Assembly (NCBI GenBank): GCA_031431875.1
Contig: JANPEF010000010.1
Span: 1 to 45,958, forward strand
Length of the DNA stretch: 45,958 bases
DNA from: Candidatus Eiseniibacteriota bacterium
Lineage (GTDB): Bacteria > Eisenbacteria > RBG-16-71-46 > DASYSL01
Reading direction: 5' to 3'
The first letter of the stretch is position 1. Each line of letters starts with the position of its first letter. This document shows, one piece after another, positions 1 through 9,739 of this stretch. The notes under the pieces are model-generated. The model was not told where the DNA came from, did not search any database, and saw only the letters and a list, made by a program, of their open reading frames with translations. The position numbers and the translations under genes were made by a program.

Positions 1-77
1 GGAGCGGCCAGCGCGATGACGACATGCGCCGCGAGGAGGGCGGCGGCGGGAACGAGGAGACGGATCCGAGCGAGCAC
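1..77 (-). CDS. Partial gene (N-terminus only), probably exported protein
   Basis: GTG start with GAGG RBS; reads MLARIRLLVPAAALLAAHVVIALAAP, signal-peptide-like; runs off the window edge. Confidence 0.5.
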   Translation of the reverse strand, partial: MLARIRLLVPAAALLAAHVVIALAA

Positions 78-103
78 GGAAACCTCGGGGGTCAGGGAAA
101 AGC

Positions 104-505
104 TCACGCGGGAACGAAGCGATGCCCGGCCGCCTCGAGCGCGCCCACGGCGGCAGCGATGCGGTCGGCGGGGACGAGCAGAACATCCGTGTCGAACGTG
201 GACAGGACGAAGATCGGGATGCCGGCGGCCGCCAGCGGCGCGGCGAGCGCGGCGATCACGCCGACCTGCGCGAAGTCGAGCGCGCCCCGGACGCGACAGG
301 CGCGGAACGGGCCTTCGGCGCGCGCGTCCGGCGGGAAGCGCTCGGCCGGGGCCACGATCGAGAGCTCGAACGCCGTGCGGGTCACGCTCACCGCGGCCGC
401 GCTGGTCGGCGCGTCGAGCCCGGCCCAGGCCGGAACCGGCGCGTCCGCCGGCAGCCGCACGACCGCGAGGGCCGCGGGTTCGAGCACGAGTTCGAGCCTG
501 CGCAC
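104..505 (-). CDS. ACT domain-containing protein (ACT_7/CASTOR-like)
   Basis: C-terminal part of ORF 104..2269; motifs SVTRTAFELSIV, LDFAQVGVIAALAAPLAAAGIPIFVLSTFDTDVLLV; GTG start at 505. Confidence 0.85.
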   Translation of the reverse strand: MRRLELVLEPAALAVVRLPADAPVPAWAGLDAPTSAAAVSVTRTAFELSIVAPAERFPPDARAEGPFRACRVRGALDFAQVGVIAALAAPLAAAGIPIFVLSTFDTDVLLVPADRIAAAVGALEAAGHRFVPA

Positions 506-510
506 GGCAC

Positions 511-951
511 TCAATGCGGCAGCCGCGGCCGCAGCACGCCGTACGTCCACGTGCCGAGCAGCGCCGCCGCGATCGCGACGAGCATCACGCCGCCTCCTGC
601 ACCGGCGCCGACGAGCGCAAACAGCGGGCCCGGGCACGCCCCCGTGAGGGCCCAGCCTGCACCGAACAGCGCGCCGCCGGCCGCGTAGCGGATGCCGCTT
701 CCCATCGTCTTGGGCTCGAGGCGCACCGGCTCGCCCTCGAGCGTGCGTGTGTGCGAGCGCTTGAGCCACTGCACGGAGACGATCGCCACGGGGATCGCCA
801 ACGCGAACACGCCGAACATGTGATGTCCCGCGAAGCGGAACATCTCGTTGATGCGGAACCACGACACGATCTCGCCCTTGGTGAGCACCGTCCCGAAGAC
901 GAGGCCGACGACGAAGTAGGCGAGGAGCCCGGTGCGCCGAGCCGTGGTCAC
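511..951 (-). CDS. YeeE/YedE family sulfur-compound transporter subunit
   Basis: GGALFGAGWALTGACPGP motif; hydrophobic; GTGA overlap with the upstream gene. Confidence 0.85.
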   Translation of the reverse strand: MTTARRTGLLAYFVVGLVFGTVLTKGEIVSWFRINEMFRFAGHHMFGVFALAIPVAIVSVQWLKRSHTRTLEGEPVRLEPKTMGSGIRYAAGGALFGAGWALTGACPGPLFALVGAGAGGGVMLVAIAAALLGTWTYGVLRPRLPH

Positions 952-1472
952 GAGCCGCCGCCCGGCAGGAGAAGCGGCACGATCCACCACGTGGTGACGA
1001 TCCCACCGACGAAGAACGCGACGAGGGCGAGCAGCGAAGGAAGCTGCAGGTCGGCGATCCCGGTGAGCCCGTGGCCCGACGTGCAGCCGCCCGCCCACGC
1101 GGTGCCGAAGCCGACGAGGAAGCCGCCCCCCACGAGCACGATGAGGCCCTGCGGCGTCGCGAGGCTCGACCACGAGAACAGCTCCGGCGGCACCAGCACA
1201 ACGGGCTCGGCGCCGGCCAGCAGCACGCCGCCGACGAATCCGCCCGCGAGGATGCCGCCGGCGAACGCGAGGTTCCAGGCGCTGCCTCGCCAGTCGTAGT
1301 CGAAGAAGGCGGCCGACCTCGGCGCGAGGATGGCGCAGGCATGCCGCAGGTTCGACGACACGCCGAACATCCGGTTGCCGAGCAGCAGGAGCGCCGCCGG
1401 CACGAGCCCGACGAGCGGGCCCACGATCCACCACGGCCAGGGCCGGCGGACGATTTCGAGCAGGGAGTCCAT
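948..1472 (-). CDS. YeeE/YedE family sulfur-compound transporter subunit
   Basis: PWPWW N-terminus, GGFLVGFGTAWAGGCTSGHG motif. Confidence 0.85.
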   Translation of the reverse strand: MDSLLEIVRRPWPWWIVGPLVGLVPAALLLLGNRMFGVSSNLRHACAILAPRSAAFFDYDWRGSAWNLAFAGGILAGGFVGGVLLAGAEPVVLVPPELFSWSSLATPQGLIVLVGGGFLVGFGTAWAGGCTSGHGLTGIADLQLPSLLALVAFFVGGIVTTWWIVPLLLPGGGS

Positions 1473-1491
1473 GCGCGGGAGGATCGCGCGC

Positions 1492-2493
1492 TCAGCCGCG
1501 TTCGACAAGCGATTCGAGCACGGTCAGGCGCCTTTCGACCTTTTCCATGTAGGCCGGCATCTCGGCCGCGGGAATGAACCCCCGGTCGAGGATGAAGGCC
1601 AGCAGGTCGAGTTGCCGCCCGGCGATCAACTGGTGGAGCAAGCGCCGATCGGGCGCGTTCCCGCGCACCGACGCGTAACCCTCGAGGAACGCCGCGACCA
1701 GGCGCTCCCCGTTCTCGCGCACCCAGAAGTAGAACAGCGGGATGCCGACATCCTGCGCCGGGTGCGCCCACTGGCTGTCGTCGAAGTCGAGCACCGCGAG
1801 CCCGTCCGGGATGCGCATCACGTTGCCCGAGTGCAGGTCGATGTGCAGGAAGCGCAACGCCGAGCGATCGGCATGCAGCGCGTCGATCACGGCCTGGGTG
1901 TGCGCCGCCGCCCGCCGCACCAGCCCCCGTCGCTGGTCGGTCCACAGCGCGTCGGTCCCCGTCTCGGCGAGCGCACGTGGCTCCTTGCCGAAGACCCACG
2001 CGCTGTCGAGCCGCAGGTCGGTGAACGCCGCCGGCGGCACGAAGCGATCCGCATGGTCCTGCAACCGGCCCAGCGCCTCCCCCATCTGCCGCGCGACCGG
2101 CCGGCCCAGCGAGTCGCCGACCGTGCGCCCGTCGATCCAGTCGAACACCGCGACCGCCCGCGGCTCGGGCACACCCTCGGCAGTGGCCACCGTCATCAGC
2201 CGCCCGTCCCGCGTCGGCAGCGGACGCGGCACGACGAGGTCTGTGTCGCGCTCGAGCGCGGCGAGCCACGTCATCTCCGAGGCGATGTCGAGCTCGCTGC
2301 GCATGCCCGGCAGGTTGACGCGCACGGCATAGCGCCGCCCGTCGGTGGTGACCAGCTTGAACATCAGGTTCTGGTGCCGGCCGAGCAGCGTCAGGCGATC
2401 GATCGTGACGTCATACGCAGCGAGCGCGTTGCGCGCCAGCACGGCCACCCGGCGCGGCGGCGGGGACTCCGGTGGGAGAGGGGTGAGACGCAA
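1492..2493 (-). CDS. APH/type II homoserine kinase-like phosphotransferase
   Basis: HIDLHSGNVM (Brenner-like) and LDFDD motifs; SEMTWLAAL; start uncertain. Confidence 0.8.
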   Translation of the reverse strand: MRLTPLPPESPPPRRVAVLARNALAAYDVTIDRLTLLGRHQNLMFKLVTTDGRRYAVRVNLPGMRSELDIASEMTWLAALERDTDLVVPRPLPTRDGRLMTVATAEGVPEPRAVAVFDWIDGRTVGDSLGRPVARQMGEALGRLQDHADRFVPPAAFTDLRLDSAWVFGKEPRALAETGTDALWTDQRRGLVRRAAAHTQAVIDALHADRSALRFLHIDLHSGNVMRIPDGLAVLDFDDSQWAHPAQDVGIPLFYFWVRENGERLVAAFLEGYASVRGNAPDRRLLHQLIAGRQLDLLAFILDRGFIPAAEMPAYMEKVERRLTVLESLVERG

Positions 2494-2539
2494 ACGGGGG
2501 CGAGCCGCGAGGCCCGCCCCCGCCGTGAAGCCGTGTGTC

Positions 2540-3985
2540 CTAGAGCATCGACAGGTAGCGTTCGATCTCGTACTTGGTGACCTGGATGCGGAAGCGATCC
2601 CACTCGATGCGCTTGTTGGCGACGAACTTGCCGAACACGTGCTCGCCCAGGCAGGTGCGCACCAGGTCGCTCTTCTCGGCCAGCTTGACGGCCTCGTCGA
2701 GCGAGCCCGGAAGCTCCTCGATCTGCGCCTTCTTCCGCTCGTCGGCGCTGAGGTGGAACACGTCCTCCTCGAACGGCGCGCGCAGGTCGTACTTGCCGTT
2801 GACGCCGGCCATGCCCGCCGCGAGCAGCACGGCGAACGCCAGGTACGGGTTCGCGGCCGGATCCGGGAAGCGCACCTCGATGCGGGTCGCCTTCTCGTTG
2901 CCCGGCTTGTACATCGGCACGCGGATCAGCGCCGAGCGGTTCTTCTGGCCCCACGCCAGGTAGGCCGGAGCCTCGTAGCCCGGCACCAGGCGCTTGTACG
3001 AGTTCACCCACTGGTTCGTGACGGCAACCAGCTCACGCGCATGCTTGAGCACGCCTGCGGTGTAGGCGCGACCGAACTTCGACAGGTGATACGGCGCGCC
3101 CTTCTCGTACATCAGGTTCTTGCCGCCCTCGAAGATCGACTGGTGGACGTGCATGCCCGAGCCGTTGACGCCGAAGATCGGCTTCGGCATGAAGGTGGCG
3201 TGCACACCGTGCCGGCGCGCGACTTCGCGCACCAGGTAGCGATAGGTCATCACCTGGTCGGCCATCTTGAGCGCTTCGCAGTAACGCAGGTCGATCTCAT
3301 GCTGGCTGGGAGCGACCTCGTGGTGGCCGCACTCGACGATGATGCCCATCGAGGCCATTGCCGCCATCGTCTTCTGGCGCAGCTCGGTGCCCAGGTTGTC
3401 GTCGATCATGTCGAAGTAGCCGGCGTCGTCGAGCAGCGTCGGATCGGTCGGCGACTTCATGTAGAAGAACTCGAGCTCGGGACCCGTGTACATGGTCAGG
3501 CCCTTCGCCGACAGCGCCTCGAGGTTCTTCTTCAGCACCCAGCGGGGATCGCCCTGGTAGGGCTTGCCGTCGGGATGATGGATGTCGCAGATCAGGCGGC
3601 AGGCCACCTGGCCGTCGACCTGGAACGGGAGGATCGCGAACGTCGACGGATCCGGCACCGCGAGCAGGTCCGACTCGTAGATGCGCGCGAACCCCTCGAC
3701 CGAAGAACCGTCGAAGCCCAGGCCCTCCTCGAGCGCTTCCTCGAGCTGGTGGCGCGGCACGACGAAGCTCTTGAGCTGACCGACGATGTCGGTGAACCAC
3801 AGGTTGACGACCTGCACCTGGTGCCGATCGGCGCGCTCGATCACTTCCTGGCGCAGGCGGCGTGCGGCGTCGGTCTGCGGGGCGATCTTGTGCACGCCCG
3901 GCGTCGGGCCGGCCTTGATGGGTGCGGCCTTCTTCACCGCGACAGTGGGGCGGGACTTCGGCTTGCTGCGCTTCATCGTGGGCAC
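2540..3985 (-). CDS. glnA: Glutamine synthetase type I
   Basis: FDGSSVEGF, GPELEFF, HHEVAPSQHEI, FMPKPIFGVNGSGMHVHQS, SYKRLVPGYEAP, NRSALIRVP, RIEVRFPDPAANPYL. Confidence 0.97.
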   Translation of the reverse strand: MPTMKRSKPKSRPTVAVKKAAPIKAGPTPGVHKIAPQTDAARRLRQEVIERADRHQVQVVNLWFTDIVGQLKSFVVPRHQLEEALEEGLGFDGSSVEGFARIYESDLLAVPDPSTFAILPFQVDGQVACRLICDIHHPDGKPYQGDPRWVLKKNLEALSAKGLTMYTGPELEFFYMKSPTDPTLLDDAGYFDMIDDNLGTELRQKTMAAMASMGIIVECGHHEVAPSQHEIDLRYCEALKMADQVMTYRYLVREVARRHGVHATFMPKPIFGVNGSGMHVHQSIFEGGKNLMYEKGAPYHLSKFGRAYTAGVLKHARELVAVTNQWVNSYKRLVPGYEAPAYLAWGQKNRSALIRVPMYKPGNEKATRIEVRFPDPAANPYLAFAVLLAAGMAGVNGKYDLRAPFEEDVFHLSADERKKAQIEELPGSLDEAVKLAEKSDLVRTCLGEHVFGKFVANKRIEWDRFRIQVTKYEIERYLSML

Positions 3986-3998
3986 GTCCGTTTCTCCT

Positions 3999-5555
3999 CT
4001 ACTCGTTCCGGAATCCGTCCGGAGGCGCTGGGGCGATCCGGGCCTGGGGAAGGGGGATGAGGTCCGACCGCGATCCGGCAGGTTGCAGCCGGCACAACGC
4101 CTGGGGCAGCGCAGCGGTCACGTCGCCGGCCACCAGGGCAAGGGTTCCCACGCGCGCGTGGGCGATGTCGGCCGCGAGGCCGTGAACGTGAACGGCGGCG
4201 CGGGCCGCATCGTAGGGCGCAAGGCCCTGCGCCACGAATCCCGCGAGGACTCCGGTCAGGACGTCGCCGGTGCCGGCCGTGGCCAGTCCCGGGTTCCCCG
4301 TCGCATTGACGGTCGTCCGTCCATCGGGTGAAGCGGTCACGGTCGGCGCACCCTTGAGCACGACCACCGCGTTCCACCGCTTCGCCATCTGCGCCGGCAG
4401 CGTCAGCCGGTCGCGCTCGATCGTCGCCGCGTCGAGCCCGGTGAGCCGCACCATCTCGCCGACGTGCGGCGTGACCACCAGCGCCATGCCGGCCACGCGC
4501 TGCGCGAGCGCGTCGCCGTGGCCCGCGAACGCGTTCAGGCCGTCGGCGTCGAGCACGATCGGTGCGTGCGCGGCAGCCACGACGTGCCGTGCCAGCGCGG
4601 CGGCCTCGGGCGATCGTGACAGGCCGGGGCCCAGAGCGACGACCTGCGCCTGTCCGGCGCGGGCCAGCACCATCGGCGCGGCCGCCTCGGACAACGCCCG
4701 CTCCGGCGACTCGGGCAGCGGCCACGTCATGGGCTCGATCATCGCCGCCTCGAGCCCGTCGTTGAGACTCGTCGGCACGCCCGCGGTGACGAGCCCGGCG
4801 CCGGCGCGCAACGCCGCCGTCGACGCCAGCACCACCGCGCCGGTCAGCCCGACCGAGCCGCCGATGACAAGCACGCGGCCGCACGCGCTCTTGTGCGCGT
4901 CGGCGGCGCGCTGCGGCAACAGCCCGGCGATCATGGCGTCGCTCGACAGCTCCGGATCCAGGTCGTCGCCGGGCTCGACGCCGATGTCGACCACCGCGAT
5001 CGCGCCGCACGGCTCGCGTCCCGCCACGAGCACGTGCACCGGCTTGAGGTGCGCGAACGCAACCGTCAGGTCGGCGCGGACGAAGGGACCGCCGTCGACC
5101 CATGGGCGCCCCGTGTCGGCATCGAGCCCGCTGGGCAGGTCGAGCGCGACGACGCGCGCGCTGCGGGCCCGCGCCACGGCGATCGCCGCGACGGCGGCGG
5201 CGTACGGCGCGGACAGCGCACCGCGACTGCCGGTGCCCAGCAGCGCATCGACCACCAGGTCGAGCTCGGGCGCCAGGTCGGCCGCTCCCTCCCCGACCGC
5301 ATGCACGGTGACACGCGCGCCGCGTGCGGCGAGCAGCCGCGCGACGACGCGCCCATCGCCCCCGTTGTTGCCCTTGCCCGCGACGACCGCGACGCGCCAG
5401 CCGTGCATGCGCCCATAGTGGCGCTCGATCGCCTGCACCGCACCCGCGCCAGCGCGCTCCATCAACGTCGCGACGGGCGTGCCCGCAGCCGTCGCCGCCG
5501 CGTCGGCCGCACGCATGCGGGCCACCGTGAGGACGAGGAGGCGGGGCGCGGTCAT
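3999..5555 (-). CDS. nnr: Bifunctional NAD(P)H-hydrate epimerase/dehydratase (YjeF)
   Basis: LMERAG, GKGNNGGDG, DALLGTG, DLPSG, VLDADGLN, TPHVGEM, LATAGTGDVLTG; ATGA overlap with the HAD gene. Confidence 0.93.
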   Translation of the reverse strand: MTAPRLLVLTVARMRAADAAATAAGTPVATLMERAGAGAVQAIERHYGRMHGWRVAVVAGKGNNGGDGRVVARLLAARGARVTVHAVGEGAADLAPELDLVVDALLGTGSRGALSAPYAAAVAAIAVARARSARVVALDLPSGLDADTGRPWVDGGPFVRADLTVAFAHLKPVHVLVAGREPCGAIAVVDIGVEPGDDLDPELSSDAMIAGLLPQRAADAHKSACGRVLVIGGSVGLTGAVVLASTAALRAGAGLVTAGVPTSLNDGLEAAMIEPMTWPLPESPERALSEAAAPMVLARAGQAQVVALGPGLSRSPEAAALARHVVAAAHAPIVLDADGLNAFAGHGDALAQRVAGMALVVTPHVGEMVRLTGLDAATIERDRLTLPAQMAKRWNAVVVLKGAPTVTASPDGRTTVNATGNPGLATAGTGDVLTGVLAGFVAQGLAPYDAARAAVHVHGLAADIAHARVGTLALVAGDVTAALPQALCRLQPAGSRSDLIPLPQARIAPAPPDGFRNE

Positions 5556-6343
5556 GGCCGCGACTCTCCCGCCCCGCCGCGCTCGCGGACGATCCCCGGC
5601 GGTCGCGGCGCGGGAGGGCCCGCGGGCAGCACGTTGTCGACCACCGGTCGCACCTCGAGCGGACGGCCGTTGATCGTGTCGACCACGTCGAGCAGCTCGA
5701 TGATGTCGTTCACGTCGTAGTCGGCGCCCGACTCGACGGTGCCGAACGTGTCGCCGTAGCGCGCGAACACCGTGCGGATGCCGACCTGTGCGGCGCCGAC
5801 GACGTCGCGGTCGGCCCAGTCGCCGATCATCAACGCCTGGTCGGCGGTGACGCCCAGGCGCTCGAGCGCCTTGGTGAACGGCTCGGGCGAGGGCTTGCGC
5901 GCGTTGGTGTCCTCGAACGTGACGACCACGTCGAAGACGTTGTGCAGCTGCAACGAGGCGAGGCGCAGCCACGCCTGGTTGCGCGGGGCGTCGCTGACCA
6001 CGGCGAGCTTGAGCCCGCGCTTGAGCAGGCCGAGCATCGTGTACTGCACATGCGGATAGAGGACGAGCGTCGACTCGCGCGCCCGGCGGTAGGCGACGAT
6101 GCCCGCGGCGAGCACGCGCGGATCGATGCTCCCGGCGGCGGCGGCGAGCGCATCGTCGAACACCTGCTGGTACTCGATGCCCCTGGCGGTGTAGACGCGC
6201 CAGATGTGTTCGCGCAGCACGTCGCGCGAGACGGTCAGCCCCGCGTCGGCCATGCCGTCGAGGCCGGCCTCGATCGCCGCGCCCTTCATCTTCATGAAGT
6301 CGGTCAGCGTGTTGTCGAGGTCGAAGATGATGGCGCGAATCAT
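5552..6343 (-). CDS. HAD-superfamily hydrolase (subfamily IA)
   Basis: IIFDLDNTL motif I, KPSPEPF, MIGDWADRDVVGA. Confidence 0.9.
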   Translation of the reverse strand: MIRAIIFDLDNTLTDFMKMKGAAIEAGLDGMADAGLTVSRDVLREHIWRVYTARGIEYQQVFDDALAAAAGSIDPRVLAAGIVAYRRARESTLVLYPHVQYTMLGLLKRGLKLAVVSDAPRNQAWLRLASLQLHNVFDVVVTFEDTNARKPSPEPFTKALERLGVTADQALMIGDWADRDVVGAAQVGIRTVFARYGDTFGTVESGADYDVNDIIELLDVVDTINGRPLEVRPVVDNVLPAGPPAPRPPGIVRERGGAGESRP

Positions 6344-6446
6344 CGGTCCCCGCGGCGAGTCGGGCCGGAAAGGACGAACAGGCGCGTCGGCCGGGGCCGG
6401 GGCGCCTGTTCGCACGCGTTCGAGCTGGGTAGGAGGGGCACGCCCG

Positions 6447-6475
6447 ATTCTCCACGGCGCGCCCCTTCCGGTCAA
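6447..6475 (-). promoter_or_regulatory. Putative sigma70 promoter of HAD-nnr-glnA
   Basis: TTGACC-17 bp-GAGAAT on the minus strand. Confidence 0.4.
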
Positions 6476-7428
6476 GGGCGAGTGCCGGGTTTTCCTCCCG
6501 GCGGCGCGGCGGCCCTTGTCCCACCGCCCCGCTCGACACGGCGGAACTCGGCCGGGGGCTCGAACAGCGCAGCCGGAATCGGCGTGGCGTCGACCGCCAC
6601 CGCCTCGCGAATCGTCCGCTGGATGATCGCCGTGCCGTCGGGGAGCCGCTCGATCCCGGCGAGGCCGCGCGGCAACCCCTTGAGCAGGTTCGAGAAGTGG
6701 GAGGCGAGGACCGTCCCGGGCTGCTGCCGCAGCTTTCGCTGGATGAGGGCGACCAGCCCCAGCCCGCGCTGGCCGGCGACCTGCACCGCATTGCCGGCCG
6801 CGAGCAGGCTGTCGCCCCCCGTCGTCTGCGCCAGGTCGCGCTCGAATCGCCCGAGTTCCCCGGCCGGGGAGTCGGACGGAGCGAGCCACACGGTGTCGGC
6901 GAGGATCCCCACGAGGTCGTCTTCGGGGTTCATCGCGCTGTCGCGGTAGGCAAACGTCAGTTCGAGCAGGACGCCACGGCACTCGATCCCCGCGATGCGG
7001 CGTGTGCGCGGCAGGTCGACGACGCGCACCGGAGCGAGCGTGTCCTTCGGCGCCGTGCCCGCGGCCAGCGCCGCACGCATCGTGGCCGCGCGCGCGGCGT
7101 TTTGCGCTCGCCCCGGCGCGTAGGCGACCGGGATGTAGGCGCGCTCGGCCGGCCGCACGAAGTACGAGCTGTCGCGATCGAGGCGATCGATCTGCGTGAA
7201 GCTCGTCGCGCGCAGCACGCTGTCGCTCACCGCGCCGACGAGCTGGCTTTCGAGCCGTCGCCGCGGTCCCTGCACCCACGTGCGCACCAGCGTCTCGAGG
7301 GCCGTGGGCGTCTGCCCTGCCGACCACGCGCTCTCGCGGATGTCGATGCGAACGTCGGCCTGGGCTCCCGGTGACAGCATCGCGACGAGAATCAGGACGA
7401 TCCCACCGCGCGAAAGTACTCCGATCAA
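6472..7428 (-). CDS. Exported hypothetical protein, DUF4412-like
   Basis: Signal peptide ending AQA-D; TRRIAGIECRG and IPAALFEPPAEFRRVE resemble DUF4412-type proteins; start uncertain. Confidence 0.6.
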   Translation of the reverse strand: MIGVLSRGGIVLILVAMLSPGAQADVRIDIRESAWSAGQTPTALETLVRTWVQGPRRRLESQLVGAVSDSVLRATSFTQIDRLDRDSSYFVRPAERAYIPVAYAPGRAQNAARAATMRAALAAGTAPKDTLAPVRVVDLPRTRRIAGIECRGVLLELTFAYRDSAMNPEDDLVGILADTVWLAPSDSPAGELGRFERDLAQTTGGDSLLAAGNAVQVAGQRGLGLVALIQRKLRQQPGTVLASHFSNLLKGLPRGLAGIERLPDGTAIIQRTIREAVAVDATPIPAALFEPPAEFRRVERGGGTRAAAPPGGKPGTRP

Positions 7429-7620
7429 GTTGATAGGTGATCCTCGGTTAAGTGCCGAATCCGGCGGATGTTCGGGGGTGCCCGGACAGTATCTCCCGGC
7501 CGAGCCGGCCGCGTCCACGACTGCGCGCCCGAACTCGCTCGGCCGTCTTTCGATAAACCGTTTGACTGCTGCGAGTTCACTCCCATACGTTGTGCGGGTT
7601 GCCCGACTTTTCGAAGGGCC

Positions 7621-7636
7621 TGGCGCCGCACTCGCA
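7621..7636 (+). promoter_or_regulatory. Possible sigma54 -24/-12 promoter upstream of the OmpA gene
   Basis: TGGCGC-CGCAC-TCGCA (GG-N10-GC); a sigma70-like TTGACT-18-TACGTT also lies at 7562-7591. Confidence 0.4.
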
Positions 7637-7713
7637 CGGAAGCCGAGGCCACAGGTTCGCACGTCGTCTCCCTCGATGGGCGAACCCCTGGAGATTCAAC
7701 CGAGGAGGACTGA

Positions 7714-9240
7714 ATGCGCTCAATCCGCGCTCGCCTCGCCGCGCTCTTCATCGCGGCGATCGGGTTCGTGCTCTGTACGCCCCACACCAGCCAGGCTGAA
7801 GTGGGTGGCTTCCACGTCAACCTGACCCCGTACGCCGGTTTCGCCACGTGGGCCAAGGACATCAACCTGCAGGACAAGCTGATGTACGGCGGCAAGGTCG
7901 GCCTCGGCCTCGGCAAGACGTTCGCCATCGAAGGCACCTACGGCATGAGCTCGACGGACACGCAGGAAGGCGCCGGGACGGAATCGTACGTCCAGAGCAT
8001 CGCCGGCAGCCCCGTCAGCGCCGACTTCACGCACATGGCGGGCGACCTGCAGATCAACCTCGCGCCCAGCTCGTCGGTCAATCCGTACATCTTCGGCGGC
8101 TACGGCAGCCACAAGATCGACATCGAGAACGCGGGCGACGAGAGCTACAGCGGCCCGAACTTCGGTGGCGGTTTCAAGCTGCACTTCTCGCCCCGCGTCG
8201 CGCTGCGCCTCGAAGCCCGTGACATGATGTTCAACTTCACGGACGAGGAGCAGACCGCTCCCGGCACCGCGCCGGACGAAAGCCAGCACAACCTGGTCTA
8301 CACCGGCGGCATCCAGTTCTCGCTCGGCGGCACCAGCGAGACGGTCGACACGGACATGGACGGCGTCGGGGACAAGAAGGACGAGTGCCCGAACACGCCG
8401 GCCGGTTGCGTGGTCGATGCCAAGGGCTGCCCGATCGATTCGGACGGCGACGGCATCTGCGACGGCGTCGACATGTGCCCGGGAACGCCGGCCGGAACGA
8501 AGGTCGACGAGAAGGGCTGCCCGATGGATTCGGACGGCGACGGCGTCAACGACGGAGTCGATCAGTGCGCCAACACGCCGGCCGGTTGCCAGGTCGACGC
8601 GAACGGTTGCCCGGTCGACAGCGACAAGGACGGCGTCTGCGACGGCCTCGATCAGTGCGCGAACACGCCGAGTGGCGCCAGCGTCGATGCGAACGGCTGC
8701 CCGACCGACACCGACGGCGACGGCGTTTACGACGGAATCGACCTGTGCCCGAACACTCCGACCGGTGCCCGCGTCGATGTGACGGGTTGCCCGATCGAGA
8801 TCTCGGTCCAGGAGCAGGAGCTCCTCGACAAGGGCATGATCACGGCACGCAACATCTACTTCGACACGGCGAAGTCGACGATCAAGCCGGAATCGGAGCA
8901 GGCGCTGCGCGAACTCTGCACCATCTTCCAGCAGTGGCCGACGTTGAAGATCGAAGTCGGCGGCCACGCGGACTCGCAGGGCGGCGACGCCTACAACCAG
9001 AACCTGTCCGAGGAGCGCGCCGCGGCCATCGGTGATTGGGCCCGCGCGAACTGCCCGGGCCTGACGCCCGGGAACTTCACCTCGGCCGGTTACGGCGAGA
9101 AGAATCCCGTCGCGACCAACGGCACGGCGAAGGGCCGCGCCCTGAACCGACGTGTGGAGTTCAAGGTCCTGAATCCCGAGGAGCTCAAGCGGCTGAAGGA
9201 ACGCCGCGAGATGCTGATGAAGGATCCGGCGGCCAAGTAG
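7714..9240 (+). CDS. OmpA family outer membrane protein: beta-barrel, thrombospondin type 3 repeats, OmpA C-terminal domain
   Basis: GAGGAGG RBS, signal peptide, five DxDxDG..C..GCP repeats, IEVGGHADSQG...NQNLSEERA...GRALNRRVEF. Confidence 0.93.
   Translation: MRSIRARLAALFIAAIGFVLCTPHTSQAEVGGFHVNLTPYAGFATWAKDINLQDKLMYGGKVGLGLGKTFAIEGTYGMSSTDTQEGAGTESYVQSIAGSPVSADFTHMAGDLQINLAPSSSVNPYIFGGYGSHKIDIENAGDESYSGPNFGGGFKLHFSPRVALRLEARDMMFNFTDEEQTAPGTAPDESQHNLVYTGGIQFSLGGTSETVDTDMDGVGDKKDECPNTPAGCVVDAKGCPIDSDGDGICDGVDMCPGTPAGTKVDEKGCPMDSDGDGVNDGVDQCANTPAGCQVDANGCPVDSDKDGVCDGLDQCANTPSGASVDANGCPTDTDGDGVYDGIDLCPNTPTGARVDVTGCPIEISVQEQELLDKGMITARNIYFDTAKSTIKPESEQALRELCTIFQQWPTLKIEVGGHADSQGGDAYNQNLSEERAAAIGDWARANCPGLTPGNFTSAGYGEKNPVATNGTAKGRALNRRVEFKVLNPEELKRLKERREMLMKDPAAK
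8347..8796 (+). repeat. Five 90-bp (30-aa) TSP3-type coding repeats
   Basis: DTDMDG/DSDGDG/DSDGDG/DSDKDG/DTDGDG units, each ending GCPx. Confidence 0.9.
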
Positions 9241-9268
9241 TCCGCACACTGGAGCAAGGCTGAACAGG

Positions 9269-9303
9269 AGGGGGCGGCTCCGCTACGGAGCCGCCCCCTT
9301 TCT
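9269..9303 (+). terminator. Intrinsic terminator after the OmpA gene
   Basis: AGGGGGCGGCTCCG-CTA-CGGAGCCGCCCCCT followed by a short T-rich tail. Confidence 0.85.
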
Positions 9304-9343
9304 GCTGCATCGACCCGCGCCCTGGTTGCATCTGAATGAAACC

Positions 9344-9739
9344 ATGACCCTCCAGACCCTCGAAGCAGCCCGTCCCGCCCTCCTCACCCTGCAGGCCACC
9401 CTGCTGCAAGCCGAGCGCCGGGAGCGCGAACGCCTGTACGGTCGCATGGCCCTGGGCACCTGGTACGCCGCCGTGCTCGAGGACCCCACGCTGGCGTGGC
9501 TGCGCTCGCTCGGCCAGCTCGTCGCCGACCTCGACGCCGCGATGGACGACGCCGTCCGCCACGAGACGCCACTCACGCTGCAGGCGATCGAGGCGTTTCT
9601 CGCCCAGGCGCGGGCCTGCCTCGTGCCGGGCCCGCGCTACCTGCAACTGCTTCAGGAGTATCCCGACGTGGTGTTCGCCCACCGCGATGCGGTGCGGACG
9701 CTGCCATGTCGGCGAAGCCATTCAGGCGAAGCCATGTAG
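9344..9739 (+). CDS. Hypothetical protein
   Basis: Helical ORF (LLQAERRERERLYGR...DPTLAWLRSLGQLVADLD) between two terminators; start uncertain. Confidence 0.65.
   Translation: MTLQTLEAARPALLTLQATLLQAERRERERLYGRMALGTWYAAVLEDPTLAWLRSLGQLVADLDAAMDDAVRHETPLTLQAIEAFLAQARACLVPGPRYLQLLQEYPDVVFAHRDAVRTLPCRRSHSGEAM

Noticed and set aside
506..2269. Long upstream part of ORF 104..2269
   Set aside because: Overlaps three recognisable genes in other frames; only the last 133 aa are an ACT protein.
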